This document shows positions 50,107 to 61,080 of a DNA stretch of 64,000 nt, piece after piece. Both the position numbers and the translations under genes were made by a program. The notes below the pieces were generated by a model. It saw only the letters and a program-made list of their open reading frames with translations. It was not told where the DNA came from and searched no databases. Every line of letters begins with the position of its first letter. The first letter of the stretch is position 1. Source of the stretch: Pristiophorus japonicus (lineage: Eukaryota); assembly GCF_044704955.1 (NCBI RefSeq), contig NC_091999.1, positions 37,262,001 through 37,326,000 of the forward strand, read 5' to 3'.

Positions 50107-53100
50107 CCTCAGAGGTAGGATATATCTGAAATAAATAAGTCTGCAAGTTTGCGTTGATGGATAGATGAATGCAGCATTGCAGGTATGGTGGATAGTTAGA
50201 TGCCCTATTTTGTTTTTATTAATGGACTGATGGATGGATTAATAGATGCATAAATCAATGAATGCACGGGGCCTAAAGAGTGTTTTATAAAAGGTTAGCA
50301 CTAAATCATTGCTTTTGTACTCTACGCCTCCATTTATAAAGGCAAAAATCCAATATTCCTTGTTAAAAGCCTTATAAACTTGTCCTGCCACATGTCAACG
50401 GACTCCACTATGTCGCTCTGTTCCTGCAAACCATTACAATTGTACATTTCCAGGGACGATGCAATACAAACAGAAATCTGATCTAGTGCAAATTAACAAT
50501 CAAGTCCTTGCAACAGCAACATTGTGCAGTGCATTAATAACAGATATATTGCCTAGAGAAATGTAAACAGTGATAGGGATGCGTGCAGTAATAATTGAGA
50601 AAGTGTCTATTGTAATATAAACAGAGACAGGGTCTAGTCTAATATAAACAGCTACAGGGTCTTGTGTTATCGAAACAGGGACTGGGTCTACTGCAGTAAT
50701 AACTGAGGCAGGATCTAGTGTAATTTAAATAGAGACATAGAAGCACTGGCGAGCTTGCAGAAAATATTTACAAGGATGATACCAGTAATTCGAGGTTATA
50801 CCTATCACGAAAGGATGTAAAGGCTTGTTGTCTTTTCTCTTAACAAGGGAAGGTTTCAGGGTGATCTAATAGCGGTCTTTAAGATCGAAAGGTTTTGATA
50901 GAGTGATTGCAGAGATTATGTTTCCTCTTGTGGGGAAGAGCAAAAGTAGAGGCCATCAATATAAAAGAGTCGCCAATAAATCTTATGTGGAATTCAGAAG
51001 AATCCTCTTTATAAAATCATAGAATGCTTATAGCACATAAGAAGACAACTTTTCCCATTGAGTCCGTGATGACCCGGCCTCTCCTCGTAGCCTTGCACGT
51101 TTTTACTTCAGATACTTATACAATTCCGTTTTGAAAGATAAAGTTTAGCTTTTCAGGCAGCACAAACCAGATAAACACTCACTGCATGAACATGTTTTTT
51201 TCTTATGCCGCCTTTTGTTCTTTTGCCAATAACCTTAAATTTGTGTCCTCTGGTTCTGGACGCTTCTAACATTGGAAACAGTTTCCTGCAATTTAGTCTG
51301 TGCAGATGCCTCAGAGAGTGGTGAGTACTCGCCAGAACGGGGAGTGACTTACATTGAAGGGAGGCTAGCTAATCATATGGGGATTGAAGGGACTAGAGGG
51401 TTATGCTGATAGATGTAAATAAGAAATGGTGGGAGGAAGCTCGAGTGGAGCATGAACGCCAGTATGTACTGTGGAGCTGAATTACCATTTTCTATGCTGT
51501 TTATTCGACGTAATTCTACATAATATCTATGTAATATTCCCTCTGGTTCTTTAGCCATTCATGTTGAATCTCTGAACACTGGTTAATGATTTGTATTCCA
51601 CTGGAAACGGTAGAACATGTTATAATCTATCAAAATACTTCAATATCTTGACCACCTGTATCGCATCTTCAATTAAACGTCTATGACCTTGCTGACTTAC
51701 TATAAATCTGTTTATATGCCATTGCAGCCTTTTTATTTCCTCCTTACTGTTACTTTCCTACCTAACCTCGTATTGTCAGCAAACTTAGATAACTTAAACA
51801 CGGTACCCAAATCTAAGTCATAATTTTAGTTACTTGTAGAAGCTGTTATTTGTTTGCTAGTTTATTTTCATGTTGTATTTTCGCTCACTTTAACAATTGC
51901 CTGGTCATCTTTTGCTGAATTCGAAAATCCTCCCAATCGCTTTGTTGGCAACATTCTAAGCCTGTTCGGTTAATCTAATATTATATTTAACTTTCCCTGT
52001 GAGCCACGGTTGGGCCATTTTTTCTCTGGGGTTTTTATTCCTTAAGGAAGTGTATCTTAGCTGACGGCTCTGTAAGATGAGCTAAAGGTGAATTTATAAC
52101 AGTAATGTTGGTAATTTCTCCCTTAATTCGTCCTGATCTCTTGGTCCTCATGTGGTTTGCTCTAAGAAACTCCTCTGGGTGAACGTCACTAACTTCATGC
52201 AAGTTATTTGTCTGGAATTATCAATCATGCTTAAAATCAACTTTGGCGCCTGTACGAGGTGTTGCTCATCAGCGGGTGGTGACAATGAACTTACTTAATC
52301 ATGAATCATGATTATTGCTGATATGGCCAAAATTGCTTAACATTTCAGTAACTGCCTGCACTGTCAGAACAAGTAAAATATGTTTTATCAATTTTAATAT
52401 CATTCAGGTTACTGCTCAGGCAGTCCAATTTCAAGAGAGCATTTATCCTCAGCAATAATCTGAAGGAGAAATAAATATTGAATATATTTCAATCCACACA
52501 TTAGGACAGATGTCAAATCTTTGGAGAGGGTGCAAAGGAGATTGACACGAGGGAGAAGGAATTTCCATTATGTTCATTTTCTTATACTAGAGAAGGTTAT
52601 ATGGGGAATAAATAGAGGTGTTAAAATTATGAAGATGTTCGATAGCATTGATAATATGATATGGATTCTACCGGCAGGCGTGTCGGTCACCACAGGACAG
52701 AGATTTAATATAATTGACAAAATAAGTCCAGAGGGAAAATAAGGAGATTTTTTTACATGGCGAGTTGCAATAATCTGGAATGTATTTCCTGAAAGGGTGG
52801 TGGAACCAATTTCAATAAAAACTTTCAAAGAGGGACATGGATATATATTGGAAATCGAAAGATGGTGAAGTGAAATATAAACAGAGACAGCGTCTAATGT
52901 AATGCAAAGAGAGACAGGATCTAGTGCAATAATAACTGAGAGGTATCTGCTCTAATATAAACAGAGACCGGGCCTACTGTAATAAAAACAGAAATCGTCT
53001 ACTGTAATATAAATAGAGGCAGGATCAAGTGTAATACAAATAGGGACAAGATCTAGTTTAATATAAACAGGGACAGGGCCTGGTTTAATTTAAACAGAGA

Positions 53101-54182
53101 CAGGGTCTAGTGCGGTAATAATTGAGACGGTATAACTGGCACTTGAAAATTTGAAAATAAACCTAAGGGTGAAAACAAATTTATCATTGACACAAGCAGC
53201 CTTAACATTAAATACCGCTCCACAAGCGGTGGGACTCCTGCAGCTGACGCTGTTGTCGCGTGGCGATGCAGCAGGGGTCAGAACCGAATTTGGATCCGGG
53301 GCGCTACTGGGTCGTTATGCAGCTGGATAACGTCACGATGTTCGGGAGCAGTAGAACGTGGCACTAGAGGTTGCCAAGGATGAAAAACTCAATGACAATT
53401 TTGTGGGCATCTGTCCTCTTCCCACAACTGTTCATCAAGCTGAAAGCGTCCCATTACTATTCTCCCTTCCCCCCACCCAGAGGTGCTAATGGGAGGAGCA
53501 ACTGAGGCCAATTTCTCCCCCGTTATCTTTCATTAGTACCTGTAGCATTTATACTGCATTAGATCCTGTCTCTGTTTAAATGATATTAGACACTGTCTCA
53601 GTTATGACTGCATTAGAATTTATACTTAGTGCAACAGACCCTATCTCTGTTTATGTTACACTAGATCCTGTCTCCATTTACATTACACTCACACCTGTCT
53701 CAGCTTTACTGCAATAGAACCTGTCTCAATTTATATTACACTCAAATCTGTCTCTTTCAATATGACGTTAGCTCCTGCCCCAGTTCTTATTGCGTTAGGT
53801 CATGAATCTGTTTATATTACACTAGACCCTCTCTGTGTATATTACACTAGATCATGTAAATATTTTGCATCACACCAGACCCTGACTGTATTTATTTTAC
53901 ACTAGTCCCTGTCTCCGTTTTACTGCACTAGACAGTGTTTCTGTTTACATGACATTATACATTATCACACTTCTTACTGCACTACACCTGGTCTGTATCT
54001 TTATTACACTAGCCCACTTCTCATTTATTACTGCATTCGGCAATGTATCTGTTTATATTAAACTAGAACATGTATCTGCATATATTGAACAACACCTTGT
54101 CTTTTTTTTATTTTACACGAGGCCCTGTCTCTGTTTATATTACACTAGACCATCTTTCACATATTACTGCACTGGGCAATTC

Positions 54183-54877
54183 CCCAGAAATTGCGGCCTT
54201 TCCTGTCTGTACGAAGTTTCTACAGACCTGGGAAGACATCGTAAATGTCAGTTTTCAGTACACAATATGCAAGTGCTGAAAAACGGCTTTTCCGATCTGT
54301 CAAGCTGGAGCTTGAGAGATGGTCCTCACATCGGGAGCGAGCACAAGATTGTGGGATTCATCCATATCTTGCCCAGCAAATGTCCACAAAAGTCTTGCAC
54401 GTGAAACAGCAGGCACACAGCCTACTTTTACAGGCGCAAGTGCTTAAAACATACACAACGATAATAAAATAAAATTAAATAAACACTTTGTATTGTTCGA
54501 ATTTCTGCCCACTGAGGTAAGTTTATTTTAACCCTAATTGCAAAACTTTTAAAAAATCGGAAAATTAATATTAGTTATGTGAGGTCTGTTTTTTTTTGTG
54601 TGTTTGTTTTTTTCGCAATGAGAACTCGTAGCTACGGAGTTCTCATTGCTATTAATGGGAAAGCTGTGGAATACAGTACCTGATTGGCTGAGTAGTCATA
54701 CGTGACTGCATCTTCTGTGTGGGAACCGTCCGGATGGGAGCCTGCTGTACAGCACGGGGAGAAAAGGCCTCCCTAACGGAAACGCAGGCTCCCCCAGGAC
54801 CACCAGGTAATTTCATAGAAATGTTTCTGGGCTAAGGCACTTACCTGCGGTAAGCCTCCGACCGCAATTTGTAGGCC
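54183..54877. mobile_element. Putative MITE / non-autonomous DNA element
   Basis: Imperfect terminal inverted repeats CCAGAAATTGCGG ... CCGCAATTTGTAGG; inserted in the minisatellite; internal palindrome at 54615-54649. Confidence 0.5.
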
Positions 54878-55429
54878 ACTGTTTGCGTTCATATTTAACA
54901 AGAACCATCTCTGTTATTACTGCACTAGACCCTGTCTCTGTTTATACTGCACGAGACCGTTTCCATGCTTGGATTGCACGAGGTGCCGTTTATGTTTATA
55001 TTACACTCGACACTGTCTCTCTATATATTCCATTCGACCCCGTCTCTATATTACACTAGATCATGTAACGTTTTATATTACACGAGACCCTGTTTTAGTT
55101 TATATCACAATAGATCCTTTCTCTGTTTATATTACACTAGGCCGTGTCTCTGTTCATATTACGCTAGACCGGGTCTGAGTTTATATTGCGTGAAAGTTTG
55201 TCTCAGTTGTTAATACACTCGAACCCGTATCTGCTTATATTTCACTAAGCCCTGTCTCCATTTAACTTAAACTAGGCCCTGCCACAGTTATTACTGCGCT
55301 ATATCCTGTCTCTCTTTACAATACACGAGACTCTTCCTCGGATATTATTGCACTATATTCTGTCGCTGTTTACGTTACACTAAGCACTGTCGCAGTTATT
55401 ACATCACTAGGCACTCTGTTGTGTTACAT

Positions 55430-57205
55430 TAACACTGTATGAGGTAGAAAAGGCCAATAGATAGCGAAAAAACAACAAGGCTACAGGAGTGGAAGGAATC
55501 CTTGCTGAGGCACTGAAGTATGGCGGCGAGGCATTACTGGCGCGAATATACAACCTTATCTCTCTGCTCTGGAGGGAGCAGAACATGCCAGGAGATCTTA
55601 CAGATGCAGTGCTTATTACCATCTTTAAAAACGGGGACATGTGCGATTGCGGCAACTACAGAGGAATCTCCCTGCCATCAACCACTAGGAAAGTAATTGC
55701 ACGACTCCTCGTCAATCATCTCCCCGAGGCCGAGGCGCTCCTCCCAGAGTCGCAGCGCACATTTCGTCCCCTCCGGGGCACAACGGACATGATTTTTACA
55801 GTGCGACAGCTGCAGGAAAAATGCAGGGAACAACGCCAGCCCTTATACATGGCCTTCTTCAACCTTACAAAGGCCTTTGACGCTGTCAACCACGAGGGTC
55901 TATGGAGCATTCTCCTCCATTTCAGATGCCCCCAAAAGTAAATCACCATACCCCGCCTGCTCCATGACGACAGGCAAGACGTGATACTTTCCACCGGATC
56001 CATCACAGACCCAATTCATGTACGGACCGGGGTCAAGCAGGACTGCATCATGACCCCAACCCTCTTCCCAATCTTCCTCGCTGCCATGCTTCACCTCACA
56101 GTTGATAAGCTCCCCGCTGGAGTGGAGCCACACCACACAACCAGTGGGAAGCTGTTCAACCTTCGCCGTCTCCAGGCCAGGTCCAAGACCACTCCAACCT
56201 CTGTCGTCGAGCTGCAGTTCGCAAACGACGCCTGCGTCTGTGTACACACAGAGGCTGAACTCCAGCACCTAGTCGGCGTACTTACCGAGGCATAGGGGCC
56301 TTACGCTAAACATTAGTAAGGCAAAGGTGCTACACCAGCCTGTCCTCGCCGCACAGCACCGCCCTCCATGCATCAAGATCCACGGCGTGGCCCTGGACAA
56401 TGTGGCCCACTTCCCCTATCTAGGGAGCCTCCTGTCAACAAGAGAAGGCATTGTTGATGAGAACCAGCCCTGCCTCCAGCGCGCCAGTGCAACCTTCGGC
56501 CGCCTGAGGAAAAAGGTGTTTGTAGATCAGTCCTTCAGAATTGTCACCAAGCTCATGGTCTACAGGGCCGTAGTAATGCCTGCCCTTCTGTATGGCTCAG
56601 AGACTTAGACCATGTACAGTAGACACCACAAGTTGCTGGAGAAATACCACCAGCAATGTCTCCGCAAGATCCTGCAAATCCTTTGGGAGGACAGACGCAG
56701 AAATATTAGCGTCCTCATCCAGGCCATCATCCCCAGCATTGAAGCATTGAGCACACTTGATCAACTCCACTGTGCAGACCACATGTTTCGCATGCCCGAC
56801 TCGAGACTCCCAAAGCAAGCACTCTATTCAGAACTCGTCCACGGCAAACAAGCCAAAGGCGGGCAGAGGAAACGTTACAATGTCTCCCTCAAAGCTTCCC
56901 TGATAAAGTGCGACATCCCCACTGACATCTGAGAGTCCTTGGCCATAGACCGCCCTAAGTGGAGGAAGTGCATTTGGAGGGTGCTGAGATCCTCGAGTAT
57001 TTTCACCGAGAGCATGCAGAAATCAAGTGCAGGCAACGGAAGGAGCTTGGGCAAACCAGGCCCCCTTTCTACACTTTCCCTCAATGACGATCTGTCCCAC
57101 CTGTGACAGGAACTGTGGTTCACGCATTGTACTGTGCAGCCACCTAAGAACTCATGCTAAGAGTGGAAGCAAGTCTTCCTCGATCCGGAGGGACTGCCTA
57201 TGATG
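55430..57205 (+). mobile_element. RTE-clade LINE, 5'-truncated, same family as 7999-10940
   Basis: NYRGISL, LPESQ.TFRP.RGTTDMIF, AF.NLTKAFD.V, LLYGSET, RLPKQALYSEL; tail GGACTGCCTATGATG. Confidence 0.92.
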
Positions 57206-57534
57206 TACCCTTTCAATTATTGTATTCCATTGTATCCTGTCTGTGCTAATATTACACTAGACCTTGCCACAGTTATTACTGCACCAAACCCTATCTCTGT
57301 TTATATTATACCAGAGCCTGTCTCCCTTTATATTCCCTGGATTCTGTCGCCGTTATTACTACACTAGACTCTGTCTACCGTTTTTATTACATTAGGTATT
57401 TTATCTTTCAAATAATGCACTTGTGTTAGTTATTATAGCACGAGACAATGTTATATTACATTGGACCCTCGATCTGCTTACATTAAACTAGGCTCTGTCT
57501 CAGTTATTACTGGACTAGTAACTATTTCTATTGG

Positions 57535-57725
57535 TTAGATGTACATATGGACGTATGGACGGATGGTTGGACGGACTGACGGACGGATGGAACGACGGAC
57601 GGACGGACGGACGGAAGGATAGATGGATGGATGCATGGACGGACGGATTGACGGAAGGATAGATGGATGGATGGACGGACGGAAGAATGGGCGGAAGGAT
57701 TGACGTGTAGATGGATGGATGGATG
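57535..57725. repeat. (GGAC/GGAT)n microsatellite
   Basis: Directly visible. Confidence 0.95.
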
Positions 57726-58999
57726 TAAATATTTATCTGCCTGAGAGGATGAAATCATTTTGTTTGAAAGCAAACCATTCGTTTATTTAATACATTTCAG
57801 CATCTGCAGGCAATCAATTACTAAATGATCTGGTATTATTTCTGTAAAATGTGTGTTGACAGGATGGGCTGAATCCTGCAACAATATCACAGAGATGGAC
57901 TGGGATTGAAGGACAGGTCTAAACATGAAAAAACACACTGCACGTTGCACTACTTATTACTAATTTTCAGTTGTTTTACACCATGCCAATTGCTCGCAGT
58001 TTTTTAAAGTTAAGGTTTTTTTCTGGCAATATTTTGCAGTTTGCATTTGTTACGTTAGACAGAGCCTGAATTGGCTGGCAGGGAATCGTATTATCTAACA
58101 AGTACACCAATGTCCAGCTGGTTAAGAAAAATTACTGAAAATGCCCACACCTTGTATTTGCTATAATTATATATAACATGTGTGTGTGTTTGTGTGTGTG
58201 TATATGAAACACGTCATTCTTAATGTTTCGTACTGCATTTCACAGAGATAAATGATTATTTTGACCAATTATTTCTCAACATTTTATTCATTTCATTCAA
58301 AATGGAATTTGTATACCGTTCAATGCCCTTAACATTTATTGATAATCCATTGTCTTATGCTCTTGTATAGAAAGTGATGTCACACTGACCATTCCTTTAC
58401 CAAGTTGGCCATATCTGTCCGCAGTATTCAGTGGGAAAGGGAATTGAATCACACCCATGATAATGAGCAACCACCCACCAGTCTCTGTGCTTTATTGTCC
58501 AGGGATCACACACCATCACACAGAAGCTCATGATATTTACCTCCAGTGTGGATCATTGCTGTAAGTAATGATAATGATGAAACTGTACCTATACGTGATG
58601 TGAGGTTAATAAATATATAATTCTCTGACTTATTGTACCTCCGTTTGGAAAGCAATGAAAGATTGGAACTCTCTAGAGAACTTTGCACTATTTCTATTTC
58701 CACAATCTCCGGTTTCTTGACCAAAATCCACACTTTTCCTCTCCAACCTCTTCCAATATTTTGGAGCACATATTGGCAGGGTCTTTGGATAACATCTTAT
58801 TCAGAACCTTTACCCATTAAACGTCGTGATGCGCCTTTTACTTCAGCATAAAGGGAATGAGCAAATTATTTATCACATTAACCTGTTTATCGAATTTATT
58901 TCCATTAAAGCTATGTAATTGGACGTCCGGGTGTTATGTGTATATAAAATAGGTGGATATCATGTTCTCCGCCGGTATCTGACATGCCCAATATTCAAG

Positions 59000-59130
59000 C
59001 AAAATATCACGGATGCTGGAATACGAAATAAAAAACAGAAAATGCTGGAACAACTCAACAGGTCAGGCAGCATCTCCTGAGAAAGAAACAGAGTTAACGC
59101 TTCAGGTGTCGCTGATCCTTCATCAGAATT
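59000..59130 (-). mobile_element. Short Penelope-terminal-repeat-like element with a degenerate minimal hammerhead motif (second copy at 60776-60876)
   Basis: Minus strand reads AATT-CTGATGA-AGG..CCT-GAAGC-GTTA-ACT, followed by CTGTTTCT...GATGCTGCCTGACCTG.TGAG...CCAGCATTTTCTG. Confidence 0.55.
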
Positions 59131-60501
59131 GGGATGCTGTGAGCTAGTATATGTCCAAAAAATGCTAGGAGAGGGTGCAGAGGAAACATTGAAGGTTATA
59201 GTCAAGAAACAGGAGATTGTGGAGCCAGTTCTGAAACTGGCCCAACAAACATTCACAAGCCAGGTACAGCACGGAATAGATAAAGAGTAACGCTCCCTCT
59301 CCACTGTCCCATCAAACACTCGCAGGCTAGATACAGCACGGAATACATAAAGAGTACGATCCCTCTACACTGTCACATCAAACACTCCCAGGAAGGTACA
59401 GCACGGGTAAGATAGAGAGTAAAGCTCCCTCTACACTGTCCCATCAAACACTCCCAGGTTAGGTACAGCACGGGGTTAGATACTAAGTAAAGATCCTTAT
59501 CCACTGTTCCATCAAACACTCCTAACACATGTACAGCACGGGTTGGATACAGAGTAAATGTCTTCCCATAATTTATCATCCAACACTGCCAAGGCAGCTG
59601 CAGCATGTATTTTATAAAGAATAGTTCTCCCTCTTCACTGTCACATCAAACACTCTCAGATCATTGAATTCACAGGACACATTTTAGAGTAAATCTCCCT
59701 CTCCGCACTCCCACCAATTTTGTTCGAGGTCTAGAAATGATGCAGAGGGAAAACATTTGTTAGGCATTGACATTATTTTGTGAGATAAAGGTAATGACAC
59801 ATTCTTTAGAGGCAAGACAGGACTTGGGAATAGGAGAGAGAGGCAGAGAGGGAGGGGACACAGGGACTCGCCACAAACACATTTGAGCTGTCACTATATA
59901 TGGTGACCAGCATCTTTCTCCATTCTGAACATAGTACCCTTTTCTCCGACATCTGAGAGAAATATCCCCAAAATCAATTGTTGCGAAAAACGTTGAAACA
60001 TTTGCACTGATCTCTGTTTATTTCTATTCTGTGTTGGTGGAGAGACACTTATTGTGTTTCTGTCGCTCAAGATTCCAATCTGGGACTTCTACTTCTGTGT
60101 TTATTTACATAACTGTCTCATTGGTTTCCATGAAGTGTTCATCGCAGCAAAATCAGATCAACAGGGTCACGAACTGATTAGTTTCAACTCACAACAAAGG
60201 TTTATTTAATAATATTGAAAGCTGGTACAAAAATATAGAAATATCTCGATCAGTGATATCGGTTTCTGTTTTCTTCAAAGAGAATAGAAATGATTTATAT
60301 CAAAGTGAAAATATTAAAATTAAATTTTCAGTTCTGTAAATTCTGCTGCCAAGATCAATGGAACTTCTCTCACCAAACTAGTATTTCACTGGATTTAGTG
60401 GAAGACTCAAGCCATTTGAAATCAACAAGTTAAAACAATGCCCAGAGTAGTGTCCTATCGCAACTTGTATTTACAATTATTGGCATTTAGACTAACCTCT
60501 A

Positions 60502-61080
60502 TTTTTACAGCACCTTTCACGACCTCGGTATGTCCCCAAGCGTTTCACAGCCAATGGAGTACGTTTGAAATACTGTCCCTACTTTTAATGTAGGATGCAT
60601 GGCACACAAATGGTGAACAGCAACATCCCACAAACAGCAATGTTATCACGAACAGAGAATCTGTTTTTTAGCAATGTTGGTTGATTGATAAAAAATTGTC
60701 ATCGACACCGGCGTGAAAGCCACTGCCATGTTAATTCGTGCCGTTCAATCTAGTACATGCAACTGAGGGGGAAGACAGCAATAAAACAGTAAATGCTGGC
60801 ATTCTCAGCAGTTCCAGTAGCATCTGAGGAGAGAAACAGAGTTAATGTTTCGCGTCTATGACCATTCGTCGGAACTGCACCCACAGTATTTTTATTTATT
60901 ATTTGGGAAGACAGAGCCTTGATTTAACGTCTCATCCAAAAGACTTTACCAACGACAGTACAGCACTCCTCAGTTCTGGTACCGACAGTGTTAGCCTAGA
61001 TTATGTGTTCAAGACTCTGGAGAGGAATTTGTATAAAAAAGCCTTCTGACTCAGAGGCAAGAGCGAACCCATTGTGCCGG
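60502..61080 (-). mobile_element. Deu-domain SINE, second copy, interrupted at ~60776-60880
   Basis: Reverse complement of the head, Deu core and tail motifs seen at 3558-4020. Confidence 0.65.

Noticed and set aside
58503-58560. Exon-like segment with an AG acceptor and GTAAGT donor
   Set aside because: No recognisable peptide or partner exons; insufficient evidence.
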